Source: the human T2T-CHM13v2.0 reference genome, Homo sapiens. Taken from it: DNA of 64,000 nt. Positions 33,089 to 50,365 of the stretch are shown piece by piece. The translations under genes and the position numbers were made by a program. The DNA lies in assembly GCF_009914755.1 (NCBI RefSeq), contig NC_060947.1; one strand, given 5' to 3'. The first letter of the stretch is position 1. Every line of letters starts with the position of its first letter. The notes under the pieces are model-generated. The model was not told where the DNA came from. It saw only the letters and a program-made list of their open reading frames with translations, and ran no database searches.

Positions 33089-33491
33089 CTAGCAGGGAAG
33101 AGAAAAAAAAAGCCACTTTACGCACTGCCTAGAGTACAGCTACGAAGACAATTTTCTAATTCACAGAAAGAAAAAGGATATAATGGAAAAGAAGGAGGTT
33201 TATAAGTGGACTTAGACCACTTCCAAGCATGCATTTAAAGATTTGTTTTCTCACGCTTCATGGCTAAGGTAAAACAAACCCTGAATGTTTTGGTTTCTGA
33301 GCAACTTTTTTTTGAGGTGGGGTTGGGGAGGGAGAAGGGATAATGGGCAGGGGAGGAAAGGGGCTGAGGATGCAAGGAGAGGCAATCATATATTCCATGT
33401 CATTATTAGATAAGTAAATTCAGTGTAAGTACAAATAATTCAACTTAACAAAATTTACTTTCTAGTATAATAGTCTTCATTAACATTGTAA

Positions 33492-33807
<316 letters not shown>

Positions 33808-33848
33808 AGGTTTTTAAACACAGAAGTGAAAGCTCTAACAACCTCTTA

Positions 33849-34157
<309 letters not shown>

Positions 34158-35086
34158 TTAAAAGGCAGAAGAAAAAAAGGGTATTTTAGATAAATGTTAC
34201 ATACTTTTCCAATTTACGATAGGTTTATAGTCTATTACGACGGAACAAAATATTCTTAATCAGCAACAACTCTTATGTCAACTCAATTTCAAAGCATTAA
34301 TCCACGATTTAGGTAATACAGGGAACTTAGTATACGTTAGGAATGGGAAAGACCCACCTATACACTATATATAATATATAAAAAAGAATGGTTTAAGTGA
34401 GGATAGAAATTGAAGGCTAAAAATTTTCTGTTTTTTTCCCTAAGACACTAGCAATGGTTTCTTTGTAGTGTAAAACAGGAATTTAAAAATTAGTATACAT
34501 TAAAAATTGGAGAAAATAGATATCACGATTAAGGATGATAAACCATTCTGATGTACATCAAGTTGAAGGAAACAAAATGAAACAACAACAACAACAACAA
34601 AATGTTGTTGTGACCTAAATATGTTTTCCACAGATTTTCCACATATTTAGGTCACAGTGAATGAATGAATACTAACTGAGTGGGGGTGGGGAGGGTTTCC
34701 AGAAAGGAGGGACAGACATTTACTTTTGAAGTGTTTTGCAACTAAAAAAAGGAGGAGAAAGATTAAAAGGTTCCTGGTAATTCTTAAAAAAAAGAGTGCA
34801 GTTTAGTGCTTTGAACTAAACACTAAATCAATTACATTGCTTTACAGGTCTGCAAGAGAAATTAGAAAAGCTAGATACTAAAAAAAAAAGTTGTTCTTAA
34901 AAGAACAGGTAGTTCCAAACAGTAATCCCAATCAGTGAGTGAGGCAGTGCTAAACAAAAGGAAGTTAAAAAACCATTATCAAACCATCAAGTAAATACAT
35001 TCTGATACAGAGAAAAGTACTCCAAGGATGTGAAAGCACTTTAACATCCTTTATAATTAAGATAAGCATGCACATTCCTTTCATTA

Positions 35087-35317
<231 letters not shown>

Positions 35318-35939
35318 CTACAAAATATATAAAAATAACTATAGGCAAGTATAATTAGAATTTATTCTCTTAAGTGATTAGTATACTTTTCATCAGACTT
35401 CATGTATGAATACAATTTTGTACTGTAGATTCCATTTTAAAAATTGACTCAATATATTGGACTATGATATCCCTGCAGTTTTCCATAATGAATTGTATTT
35501 GAAAAGTCCACAAAATTCACCCAACGAATATTTACTGAATGCTTATCTAATTGCAACCCGACCTAAAACAAAATCTTCAATGACACTTCCTTCACAAAGC
35601 CTTCCCCTGAGACTCTGAATTGACAATTCCCACTACCCTCACAACATTATGCCTTCTTATTTAGTCACCTGCATACTTAAATTCTCTCGGTACAGTATAA
35701 AATTCTGGGATAGCAGGGATCAGAAAGTAATCTTTTTTTACCACCCTCCCCTGTGAAAGCACTTAGAACACATAAGAGGCATTCAGTAACTATTTGTTAA
35801 ATGGAAATATGAACAAATAAATGAAAGAATTAATGAGAAGCACTATGCTAGGCACTCTGAGGGATAGAAGAGAGTCAAGAATTTATATGCCAGTTTGATT
35901 AGCTTACTGTTCATTCTGAATCAAGATGCTAACGGTACA

Positions 35940-37087
35940 CAGTCATGCATCACTTAACAAAAGAGATATGTTCTGAGAAATGCATACTTTAGGTAATTTT
36001 GACTGTGCAATCATCATAGAGTGTACTTACACAAACCTAGATGGTATAGTCTACCACTCACCTAGACTATATGGTATAGCCTATTGCTCCTAGGCTATAA
36101 ACCTGTATAGCACGTTACTATATTGAATATTGTAGAAAATTGTAACACAATGGTATTTGTGTATCTAAACACAGAAAAGGTACAGTAAAAATATAGTAAA
36201 GAAGATTTGCAGTGGTATATCTGTATAGAGCACTTATCAGCAATGGATCCTGCAGGACTGAAAATGGCTCTAGGTGAGTCAGTGAGTGAGTGGTGAGTGA
36301 ATATGAAGGCCTCGGGCATTACCGTACACTACTGTAGACTTTATAAACACTGTATGCTCAGGCTACACTAAATTTATTTAATATTTTCTTTCTTCAATAA
36401 CACATTAAAATTAGCTTACTGTAACTTTTTTACTTTACAAACTTAAATTTTTAAAAACTTTTTTACTCTGTAATAACTTGGCTTAAAACACACATTGTAC
36501 AGCTGTATAAAAATATTTTCTTTCTTCATATCCTTATTCTATAGGCTATTTTCTATTTAATTTTTTTTTTTTTTACTTTTTAAACTTTTTTGTTAAAAAC
36601 TAAGACACAATCACACACATTAGCCTAGACCTACATAGGATCAGGGTCAAATATCACTGTCTTCTACCTCCACATCTCGTTTTACTGGAAGGTCTTCAGG
36701 GGCAATAACATGCATGGAGCTGTTATCTCCCATGACAACAATGCCTTCTTCTGGAATACCTCCTGAAGGACTTACCTGAGTCTATTTTACAGTTAACTTT
36801 GTTTTTAGAAGTAGAAGGCGTACACTCTAAAATAATGATTAAACGTGTAAAAATACATATACTAGTTAACATACTAGTTTATCATTATCAAATATTAAAT
36901 GATGGGTCGCGCAGCTGGTTTGTTTCCACCAGCATTACCAGAAACACATGAGTAATAGAGTAATGAATTGTGCTACAACATTACAATGGCTACAATGTCA
37001 CTTGCTGACAGGAACTTTTCAGTTCCATTATTATCTTATGGGACCAACATCATAGATGCCAAAACATCATTATACAGTGCATGACTG
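35940..37087 (+). mobile_element. Tigger3b/MER7-type (TcMar-Tigger) non-autonomous DNA transposon in intron 8
   Basis: TIRs cagtcatgca... and ...tgcatgactg followed by TA; internal gtgtacttacacaaacctagatggtatag motif. Confidence 0.88.
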
Positions 37088-37238
37088 TATTTATGATCAC
37101 TTATAAATTAATTCAGAAGGTAAAAATCTGATAGTGCCAAACAAAAACTGAGAAGGAAAGAGGATAGTTTCTAAAGACAAACAATAAAATAGTATTATTC
37201 CATCACGCCTAGAGATCATATCCTAACCTGAAGCTCTA

Positions 37239-37590
<352 letters not shown>

Positions 37591-37898
37591 CTAGAAAAGG
37601 AAGTCCAAAGAAGAAACGTGAAACAGTTATTGTTCTTCCCAAACAGTTTGTAATACACAACAGCAAATCTCGGTCAAAAGATTTTAACAAAAATATGGTG
37701 GCGTGAAGTTATGTACGTGAATGATGGGTGAAAAATCAAATACTTTAGAAAATCTACTTTAGGCAACAAGGGAAGAAAGTCAAACTGCACTTGCTACATC
37801 AGTAGTACCATCAAATACTAATAGGAAGATAGTACAAAAAGCCTAAAGAGGAATAAAAAATATATACATATATTTTTAACTATAAAAGGTGAAATTGC

Positions 37899-38641
37899 TA
37901 ATCATTAGAGAAATGCAAATCAAAACCACAATGAGATATCATCTCAGATGAGTCAGAATGGCTATTATTAAAAAGTCAAAAAATAACAGATGTTGTCAAG
38001 GTTGCAGAGAAAAGGGAACACTTATACACTGCTGGTGGGAATGGAAATTAGTTCAGCCACTGTAAGCAGTTTGGAGATTTCTCAAAGAACTTAAAACAGA
38101 ATTACCATTTGATCCAGCAATCCCATTACTGGGTGTATATATATTCAAAAGAACATAAATCATTCTGCCATAAAGACATACAAATGCGTATGTTCATTGC
38201 AGCACTATTCACAATAGCAAACACATGGATGCCAATCAATGGTGGACTAAATAAAGAAAATGTGGCCCATGTACATCATGGAATACTATGCAGCCATGAA
38301 AAACAAAATCATGTCCTTTGCAGCAACATGGATGCATCTGGAGACCATTATCTTAAGTGAATTAACTCAGGAACAGAAAACCAAAATACCACATGTTCTC
38401 ACTTATAAGTGGGAGCTAAACAATGAGTACACACAGACACAATGAGGGGAATGGACACTGGGGCCTATTGAGGGTGGAGGGTGGCAGATGAGTGAAGGCA
38501 AAAAACTACCTATTAGGTACTATGCTCACTACCTGGTGATGAAATAATTTGTACACCACACCCCAGTGACACATAATTTACCCATGTAACAAACTTGCAC
38601 AGGTACCCCCTGAAGCTAAAAGTTGAAACAGAGAAAAAAAA
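37899..38641 (+). mobile_element. 5'-truncated L1PA13-16-like 3' end in intron 6, 17-bp TSD
   Basis: TSD ataaaaggtgaaattgc at 37882-37898 and 38642-38658; L1 3'UTR and A tail. Confidence 0.9.
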
Positions 38642-38989
38642 ATAAAAGGTGAAATTGCCTAAAATGTTATGAATGGTGATGAGAAACCTAGATATTCTGA
38701 GCATATTAGTCCAATGTCATATACAAAAATCTCTGCTTTAAAAAAACCTTGTAAGTACTAGTTGATGACTAATCTATGTGTAGAATTGAACAGTTATTTA
38801 CAATAACAACACGATAAAGAATTTGAGCAGTCCATTGAAGCTTGTGGCAAAATAATTAAACTGCATAATATTTCTGGCATCATGGAATTTTGCTTTCAAG
38901 CCCATGGGCATGCAACAGTACAACAGCTTCAAATATTCAATTGCTACTAATGAGAATTTAAGATAAAAGCTTGTTATGAAAAATGTTTA

Positions 38990-39304
<315 letters not shown>

Positions 39305-40084
39305 TTAGAATCAAAGGAGTATAGAAATGACAAGGGCTCAGAAAATGTTTGTACAATGAGTAATTCAGTGAATGAATATATCACAGAATATTTACAATAA
39401 AAGAAACCTAGAAATAATCTAGCCTAATGAGTATTAACTTTTCCACCACTATGAATCCCTTCAGTGTTATTTCCTCCAGGTTTCAGACATTAAAAGATAT
39501 TTTTTCCAAATAAAATACTTAAATAATAGCCCACATGGCATTACTGTGGATAAATGTGCAGTGTCTGTTGAGGTTTTTTTTATCTAATTTAATCTTCCTA
39601 AATAACAAGTGATAAAATTGAGACCCTGAAGAATCAAGTGCCTTGACTAAAGGCATACCCCTACTAATGTCTCCCAAATCTCATAGTGTCCTTTCTAATG
39701 CATGGGACACACAGCATTCATATTCTGTTCTTTTCAAATTGTAGATTTGTGTCATTACTAATGAATATATTTTAATAAAGCATTTATGTACATATATATT
39801 TTTATTTAGCTATTTCCTATTTAATAGCTAACAATGCCAGCAAGAAAATAATTGACCTTTGTGGAAATGGATGTTACAAAAAGCCTAACTATTAGAAGTG
39901 GTTGTTATGAATTTAATGTCTTATTTTATATTATTGTTTTCTAGAACTTGTAAAAATGCTACTGTTATCATGGAATTTTTTGAAAGTGTATCATACAGAA
40001 TAGTTTTTAAAAACACATACAAAACATCTCACATAAAACAACAAACATCCAAAACGCTAAGTTGTGTTTGTAGTGAAAAGGTCA

Positions 40085-40288
<204 letters not shown>

Positions 40289-41007
40289 CTAAAAACATAA
40301 AAACATCAATTACCCATTATACACAAAATACTTATTTATAAAAGTACAAATATTTACCTTAAATTAGTACTTATGGTAATGTTTACATATTTACCACTTA
40401 CTGGTATTAGAGTGATTTTCCCCATTCATAAAGACAACATCTTTGACATTGGGAGAGCTGTCATTTCAGGCTTCATACTTCACACTGCCATGTTAATATT
40501 CATTTATAAGCTATGTGAATTAGTCAAATGCTTCTGCTTCCATGAAATCATCCCAGATCTGCCACTCAAAAATGCTGTCTCCATTATCTAAAATCCTACA
40601 AAGCTCATGACACTATGGCAAACTGTCTTACACTGTAGTTATTTGTGTATATATTTCCCTTTCCTACTGGATCCTTGAGGGTCTGTGTCATTTTACTTTT
40701 TGTCCCACCCATGCTGAATATAATGCTCTTATACAGTAGGCATTCAATAAATATTTTTAAAATAATTTGGTCATCAAAATAATGGTAAACTAAATTACAC
40801 AGCAAGCCAGATCACAAAAGCAGATGAATTACAAGTATATGTTGGCTGATTCACCATTTGAAAAAACATTGATAAATCCATTTGTCCTACAGAAAGCTTC
40901 TTTGCCCCAATACCACATAAAACAAAGCCCAATTATTATCAAAACTAAGCTTTCAATAATGAACCTATTTCTCCATGAGAATACATCAAAATAAAACTTA
41001 AAAAGAA

Positions 41008-41398
41008 AATTAGAAGCATGATGTTTTCATATATTCAAGGCAAATGTTTCATCATTCACATTCTATATTTTCTGCAGTTATAGTATCCAAAACATCAACC
41101 ATCATTTAGGAACAGAAAGTTTGTCAGACTCCCAAAGTTTCTTTGAAGAAATTAAATTGATGCACATTAATAACATGTGAAAACAATTTTATAAGCCTTA
41201 ATAAAAACACTGAAATCCCAGATCTTGTTAATGCTCCATTATTATGCCATCTATCTTTGCAAAGTTTAGCTATAACTGATAGAAGCTATGTAACTCTTAT
41301 CAAGATTCCAAGGTAACGTATACAAGAGTCTTACCAACCAAGCAGGCATTCTAGTATTCGACAATATCATTAAAATACACAGCACATGTTGGGATGCT
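41008..41398 (+). repeat. Local duplication copy A (probable donor)
   Basis: Colinear with 45127-45521; ~42 substitutions and one 4-nt indel by manual count (~89% identity). Confidence 0.92.
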
Positions 41399-41547
41399 TT
41401 TAAGAATGTAACATGAGATAAAGTGCTTAAACATTAAGCTTTCTGACTTCCAAAATCTAATAGAATATATGGCAGGTCTCAAATAGCATAAATTTCTCAA
41501 ATCTGATTCCCCTGTAGCCATATAACCTTAGGTTCTTGCTTCTTCTT

Positions 41548-41824
41548 TGCTTTTTTTTTTTTTTTGAGATGGAGTCTCACTCTGTCACCCAGGCTGGAGT
41601 GCAGTGGGGAAATCTCGGCTCACTGCAAACTCCGCCTCCTGGGTTCAAGCGATTCTTCTGCCTCAGCCACCTGAGTAGCTGAGATTACAGGCATGCACCA
41701 CCACACCCAGCTAATTTTTGTATTTTTAGTAGAGACAGGGTTTCACCATGTTGGTCAGGTTGGTCTCAAACTCCTGACCTTGTGATCCGCCCGCCTCGGC
41801 CTCCCAAAGTGCTGAGATTACAGG
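41548..41824 (-). mobile_element. 5'-truncated AluS with 14-bp TSD
   Basis: TSD tcttgcttcttctt at 41534-41547 and 41825-41838. Confidence 0.9.
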
Positions 41825-43134
41825 TCTTGCTTCTTCTTGAAATGGTCTCCTCTCCCCTATCTACCTCGTCACTCTTCAAAGCCCAATTTTAATCCCATTT
41901 CTACCATAATGCCTTCTCTGAAACATGCAGCCAATTTGGCACTCTCCATTTTCTATCTTTTTGTTATAGTTTATACCTCAATATTTATCACTTTTATGAT
42001 ATATTTCTGATTCATTTTGTATGTATATATGCATGGATATATTTCCATCCTTTTTGCATAAATTTGAGGGGTACAAGTGCAGTCCTGTTACATGGATATA
42101 TCGCATACTGGTGAGGTCTGGGATTTTAGTGTATCTATCACCCAAATAATGTACAAACCTTTTGTGACAAAACTGACATTTACTGAACAACAGCTAGATG
42201 AATCAGGTATGGTGAAAGGTAGGTACCTTTCACAAATGTGAGGGATGAAAGGAATAAAAATTTTACAAAATAGATTTTATCTGTATAGTTGAGGAACCTC
42301 AGGTTCCACAAGGTTTAATGACTTGTCTGGTAAGCAGCAGAGCTGAGATTAAAATACAGGTCTGACACTTGAAGTTAGAATTTTTTCTAGTATACCATAG
42401 CCACATTAGCAGCTTATAAGGCAGGGACAATATATTTCACTTATTTTGCACCCTAAAATGGATGCTCTCAAATGCACTGTTTAAACCAGCTATAGCTGTA
42501 AAGTATATCAAAAGTAATTTAAATAAATTTGAGCAGATTCCAGGTTTTCCATTTAAGGATACAGTCCCTCACCTGCAATCCAATACACTTTCTTCAGTAG
42601 GAGAAAAAGTGATAGTTACAGCTAGCATGCAATTCTCATAACTCACAGCCCATTATACCTTTTCCAAAGCTGTAGTGAATGACGCCTAAAACTAATGTAT
42701 CACCAATAAAGTTGTGCAATTTTACTTCCTTGAAAATGTTTTTGGATTTGGTCAAACTAGAGAACATCCTTGTAAGTGTTCAGGACGTGTGAGTGTCATC
42801 TGCATTGTGTTGTTAGTGGCAGAAAAAGGGCAGTTAGCACATGCAAAGAGTATGGCGCTACCTCTAATAATAACTGAATACTGTCAGTTTTCCCATAAAA
42901 ATTATTTTAAAAAGGTAAGAAATATGCCATATATGTTAAAAACGAAAGAAATACACCAAAGAAATAAGAAGGATACTACATGTAGATGTTTTTATTAACA
43001 TGTAGTGTTAAGTTTTATTTGCTTTGTGATATTTTGGGGATGGGACTAGCAAATAGTGGTTTTCCCCAATATCCTGCCTTTAGCAGAACTAGATTTAAAC
43101 CATTCCAGGCAAATGAGAATCTTTAAAAAAAAAT

Positions 43135-44560
<1,426 letters not shown>

Positions 44561-45126
44561 TGCCTTTTATTCTACTCAGGAGTCTAACTTCTCACTCCAT
44601 TCAGCAGTAATGAGGAATCTCTTCTGCCAGGAGCCAATAGAGGCCCAAGTAGGAACCTGGATTCTCATCTCCACCCACAGTAATGAGGCAGCACCCCTGC
44701 TCCACTGAAGTGGTGACACAGGAGGCCTGCTAAACAGAAGATTTACATAAGATTCAGAGTCTAATAATACTCTACATGTCCAGGTTTCAATTTAAAAAAT
44801 CATATCAAGAACCAATAAGATAAGATATCAATTTGAATAAGACAATACAATTAATAGACACTAACATCAGGATGACACAAACATTACACCTATCTGAAAG
44901 ATTTCGGAGTAGCCATCATAAAAGTGCTTCCAGGAATATTTATGAACATGCTTGAAATAAGTGAAAAAATAGAAGACTCAGGAAATAAATAAAGGATATA
45001 AAGAACCAAATGAAAAATACAGAACTGAAAAATATAATAACTGACATATAAAAACTCAAGGGATGGGCTCCATGGCAAAATGGAGAAGACAGAGGCAAGT
45101 ATTATTGAACTTGAAGATAGAACAAT

Positions 45127-45521
45127 AATTAGGAATACAATGCTTTCATATATTCAAGGCAAATGTTTAATCATTCACATTCTGCATTTTCTGCAATTAT
45201 AGTATGAAAAACATCAACCATCTCTTAGGAACAGGAAGTTTGTCAGACTGCCAAAGTTTTTCTGAAGAAATTAAATTGATGCACATTAATAATATGTGAA
45301 AACAATTCTATCAGGCTTAATAAAAACACTGAAATCCCAGCGCTTGTTAATGTTCCATTACTATGCCATCCATCTTTGTTAAGTTTAGCTACAACTGATA
45401 GAAGCTATATAAATCTTACCAATCAAGATGTCAAGGTAAGGTATACAAGAGTCTTAGCAACCAAGCAGATGTTCTAGTAGTCAACAATATCATTAAAATA
45501 CACAGCAGATGTTGGGATGCT
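45127..45521 (+). repeat. Local duplication copy B, inserted inside L1 ORF1
   Basis: L1 ORF1 text stops at ...gatagaacaat and resumes at acctaagcttaacaacagggagaaaatagac. Confidence 0.9.
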
Positions 45522-46772
45522 ACCTAAGCTTAACAACAGGGAGAAAATAGACTAAAGAAAAAAAAAAGCCAACAGAGTCTCAGGGACCTATGGAGCTGTA
45601 ACAAAACACTTACCATCCTTTATTGAGTCCCAGAAGGATAGCAGAAGAGTGTGGGGCACAAAAAAGTACCAACGAAATAATGGCTGAAATTTTCCCAAAT
45701 TCGGCAAAAGACATAAACCTATAATTTCAAGAAGCTGAGTAACCCAAATGTGGATAAACCCAAAGAAATTCACACCAAGACACATCATAATTAAACTTAT
45801 GAAAGCTAGAGACAGAGAAAAAAAATCTTAAAACCAGCTAGATAAAAACACGTTATGTATAAGGGAAAAACAATCTTAAGACAGCAGATTTCCACAGAGG
45901 CCAGCAGTAAGTGGGACAACATTTTTCAAGTGGTGAAAGAAAAGAACTGTCAACCTAGTACCGTACACTGGGCAAAATTAGCCTTTGTGAATGAAGGTAA
46001 CATCAAGACATTTTCAGATTAAGGAAAACTAAGAGAATTAGTTACCAGAAGGCCTGCTTTAAAAGAACTGCTAAAGAAAATTCTTCATACAAGAAGTGAA
46101 AGCAGAAGGAAACCTGGAATATCAGGAATGAAGGAAGAGCAATGGAAATGGTAAATATCTGTGTAAATATAATAACCTATTTTTAAGTTCTTTAAAAATA
46201 TGTTTGATGGTTAAAAGCAAAATTTATATTTGTCTAGAAAGATTCCATAGAGCAATAAAAAAGATTACTGACTGATGCGGTTTACAGTACATCAAGATAT
46301 ATGAAACAATTGTAAATATAAAGGGGGAAGGTAAGGGAACTTACAGAGTAGTAAGTTTTTACATTTCATTTGAAGTAGTAAAATATTGATCCTAAGCAGA
46401 CTGTGAAAAGTTACTTATGTATAATTTCCAGAGTAACCACTACAAAATTATATAAAGAGATAAACTAAAACACATAGTAGATAAATTAAAATGGGATAGT
46501 AAAATCTGTTCAAATAACATAAAAGGTGACAGTAAAGGTAAAACCAAGTAACAAAATAAATTTATCAGAAAACACATAATAAAATGGTAGACTGAAATCC
46601 AAGTATATAAATGATAGCAATATTATCAATATATTACAATGATCAACAAAAATCAATAATTATTAATATATCAACATATTAGCGATGAACAGTTAGAAAC
46701 CAAAATTTAAAAAAGAAAATTATTGACATTGCCCTCATCAAGTAAAAAAAATTCTTAAGTATAAATCTAACT

Positions 46773-46995
46773 CAGGGTCTCAACCTCCAGCACTACTGAC
46801 AGTTTGGGTTCCATAATTATTTCTTGCGGGAAGAGCTATTCTGTGCATTGTATGATGTTTAGCAGTGTCCTTAACCTCTACCCAATACACACCAGTAGCA
46901 TACCCCACCCCCTCTAGTTGTGACCTATAAAAATGTCTCCAGACATTGCCTAATGTCCTCATGGAGTCAAAATCACCCCTGGTTGGGAACCACTG
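46773..46995 (-). mobile_element. MER20 (hAT-Charlie) DNA transposon
   Basis: Minus strand CAGTGGTTCCCAACCAGGGGTGATTTTG...GGCAATGTCTGGAGACATTTTT...GGTTGAGACCCTG. Confidence 0.88.
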
Positions 46996-47454
46996 GTATA
47001 ATCAAACATGTATCATGTCTGTATGCTGAAAGCTATCAATGCTGATGAAATAAATCAAAGAAAAGCTAAATAAATGGAGAAACATACTACATTCATCCAA
47101 TGGAAGACACGACCTAGTAAGGATGTCAATTCTACCCAAATTGGTCTACATTTTTAATAAAATTTTATTTAAAACATCATCAGGCTTCTTTGATAGAAGA
47201 GCTTTAATAGCTATAGAAAAGTTTATTCTAAAATTTATATGCAGAGGCAAAAAAAACTGGAATAGCTAAAAACAATTTTGAAAAGAAGGGAAGAAAGTTG
47301 GAAGAATCATCCTACTTGGCTTTAAAACTTACTATAAAACTACAAATATATATATATATATAAAATATAAAAATAGTGTGGTACTGGTGAATGCAGAAAC
47401 ACAAAGATCAATGAAACAGAATAGATTCCAGAAAAACATCCCATACATAATCAT

Positions 47455-47962
47455 TATGGTAGAAAGAATAATGGCTCCCCAAAGATATTCATGTACCAAT
47501 TTCCAGAACCTATAAAGATGATATTTTACATAGCAAAATGAACTTTGCAGATGTGGTTAAGCTGAAGAACATGATTATGTTCTTTATCCTTGATTTTGTG
47601 GGTGGGCCAAATCTAATTACAGGAGTACTTATAAGAGGAAAGTAGGAGAGTCAAAGTTGAGACGAAGGAAAGCAGAAGGGTCAGAGTCAGAGATAGATTG
47701 AACATGCTGTTGATGCTGAAGATGGAATAAGAGGCCCTGAGCCAAGGAATGTAGGTGAACTCTAGAAGCAGGAAAAGGCAAGGAAATAGATTTTCCTCAA
47801 GAGTTTCTGGAGGGAGCACAGCCATGCCAAATATCTTTATTTCGATCCAGTGAAACCTAATTTTGGATTTCTGACCTCCAGAAATGTAAGATAATAAATT
47901 TGTGGTGTTTTCAGCTACTATTTTTGTGATAATCTGTTACAGCAGCAATAGGAAACAAAGCA
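47455..47962 (+). mobile_element. MLT1 (MLT1D-like) ERVL-MaLR solo LTR
   Basis: gaataatggctccccaaagat...actttgcagatgtggttaag...ttctgacctccagaaatgtaagataataaatttgtg...ttacagcagcaataggaaac. Confidence 0.85.
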
Positions 47963-47985
47963 AATTGAATGGGGAAAGGATAGCC

Positions 47986-48049
47986 TTGGTGTTGGAACAA
48001 CTGGAAAAAAATTCAATTTGGTGTTGGAACAATTGGAAAAAAATTTAAT
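47986..48049. repeat. 32-bp tandem duplication
   Basis: ttggtgttggaacaa(c/t)tggaaaaaaatt(c/t)aat x2. Confidence 0.85.
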
Positions 48050-49485
48050 TTCTACCTAAACCTCATATAAGAATTCAAACTGTAGCACTTTAGTTCAGTA
48101 CATATTTTTTAAAAAACGTGGCACAATCTAAATGTAAAAGAGAAAAATATATAAAACTTTTAGAAGAAAACAAAAGAGAAAATCTTAATGACCTTGAGTT
48201 AGGCAAATAGTTATTAGACATGACAACAAAAGCATAATCCATAAAGGAAAAAAATAATAAACTGAAATTTATCAAAATTAAAAACATTTGTTCTACATAA
48301 AATACTATTAAGGGGATTAAAAAACAAGCTACAGACTGGGAGAAAATATCTGCAAATCATATATCTGGTAAAGGTTTCATATCAGAATATATAAAGAATT
48401 CACTAAAGTTGAGAGGAAAAACATACAGCCCAATTAAAAAATGGACAAAATGCTTAAACAGACACTTCACAAAAGGAAGATATACAAATGTAAACTAAAT
48501 ACACACAATGCTGCTCAATATCCCAGGCCTTAAGAGAAATGTAAATTAAAACCACAAGATACCACCATTCACCTGACAATACCAAGTGTTGACAAAGAAG
48601 CAAAGCAACAGGAACTCTTTCATATACTGCTGTGGGAATACAAAAAGAACTACTCTGGACAACAGCTTGGCAGTTTCTTATTGAGTTAAAAATGTGTTTA
48701 GCATGACCTAGCATTCCACTCTTAAGTGTTTATTCTAGAGATATGGAAACTCAGGTTCACACAAAAACCTGTGTCTGAATGTTTAAAGCAGCTCTAGTTA
48801 TAATCTATAATCACTAAAAAGTGGAAAGAACCCAATGTTGTTGAATGGGTGAATGGACAAACTCTGTTATATCCATACCATGGAATACTATTCGGCAATG
48901 AAAAGAAACAAACTGGTATATCCAATAACATGGATGAATGACCAAGACATCATGCTTAATGTGAGAAATCAGCTCAAAAGGTTATATACTACATGATTCC
49001 ATTTATATGGCATTCTCAAAATGAGAAAACTATAGTGATAGAGGACAAATCAATGTTACCCAGCAGCTAGGGGTCTGGAAAGGGTATGACTATAAAGAGG
49101 TAACAAAAGGGAGATTTTTGGGGTGATAGCACTTGTCTGTATCCTGACTGTGGTGGTAATTACATGAATACACACGTGTTAAAAATTATGGAACTGTATA
49201 CTAAAAAGAGTGCACTCCATTGAATGTACATTAAAATTAAAATAAATAAAGCCAGCATCACACCACAGACCCGGCTCCCTGGGGGCAGGAAATGTCTAAA
49301 AATAAGGCTGAATCACAGTGTATTTCAATAAAAATCAACCCAATATGAAGTTTCATACCCCTGTTACTTTTTAAAAATTAAGAAACTGGTTATATTTACA
49401 AGATTGTAATCTTGTGACAAAAGGTATATTTAATCTGACTGCAATGTGCACACTAAGTACACGAGAAATAAAGGAACTTTAAATA

Positions 49486-49780
49486 TTTTTTTTTTTTTGA
49501 GATGGAGTCTCACTCTGTCGCCTAGGCTGGAGTGCAGTGGCATGATCTCGGCTCACTGCAACTATCGCCTCCTGTGTTCAAGTGATTCTCATGCCTCAGC
49601 CTCCCGAGTAGCTAGGACTACAGGCACGAACCACCACGCCCAGCTAATTTTTGTATTTTTAGTAGAGATAGGGTTTCACCATGTTGGCCAGGAAGGTCTC
49701 AAACTCCTGGCCTCAAGTGATCTGCCTGCCTCGGCCTCCCAAAGTGCTGGGATTACAGGTATGAGCCACCATGCCCAGCC
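49486..49780 (-). mobile_element. AluS/J element
   Basis: Full antisense dimer; flanking aggaactt repeat. Confidence 0.9.
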
Positions 49781-50365
49781 TCAGGAACTTATAAAACATT
49801 TTTTCTTTCTTAGATCAAAAATTTAAATCATATAAATAATCTGCTAGGCTCCTGAATTATCAAAGACTGGTATATCATTACAAAATGGTATTCATTTAAT
49901 TTTTAGCACAAAACTGTAAAATTTGGGACACTAACTGAAGAAGAGAGTTAAGTAAAAAGTAAAATTGCCATAAAGGACTACCAAAAGTATGCTATATCTA
50001 CATGGTGCCAAAATTACTGGTCAATATAGTCAGTTTGCTGAGGACCTCAAGTTCTAGATTTAATTATCGCTTTTCCCATTATGATCATGACTAGTCATCT
50101 GAGGAACCCAATTCTTTCAGACTTTTTAATATCTAAACTCCTTAATAAATTCACCTCTTTCAGAGTGGCCTCTGTTAACTAAGGGCTTTATGAGCAGTGC
50201 TGCCAAGAAGTGCCCAATATATCTAAACAAGTAAAAAAGAATTTTGTTCCTTTAATTGCTTCTCTATTCACAAAAGAATCAGGAGAAAAAAGAATAAAGA
50301 CCAGGAACACTAAAGAGAGATCTGATTAGCAAGGCAAAGCAAAGATAAAAGAAAACCAGACAAGG

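Larger units (their letters stand above)
44570..49250 (+). mobile_element. Fragmented old L1M (5'/ORF1, partial ORF2, 3'UTR) with nested insertions
   Basis: ORF1-like gaacttgaagatagaacaata...cacaccaagacacatcataattaaac; ORF2 end agacacttcacaaaaggaagatatacaaatg; A-rich end ~49250. Confidence 0.7.
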
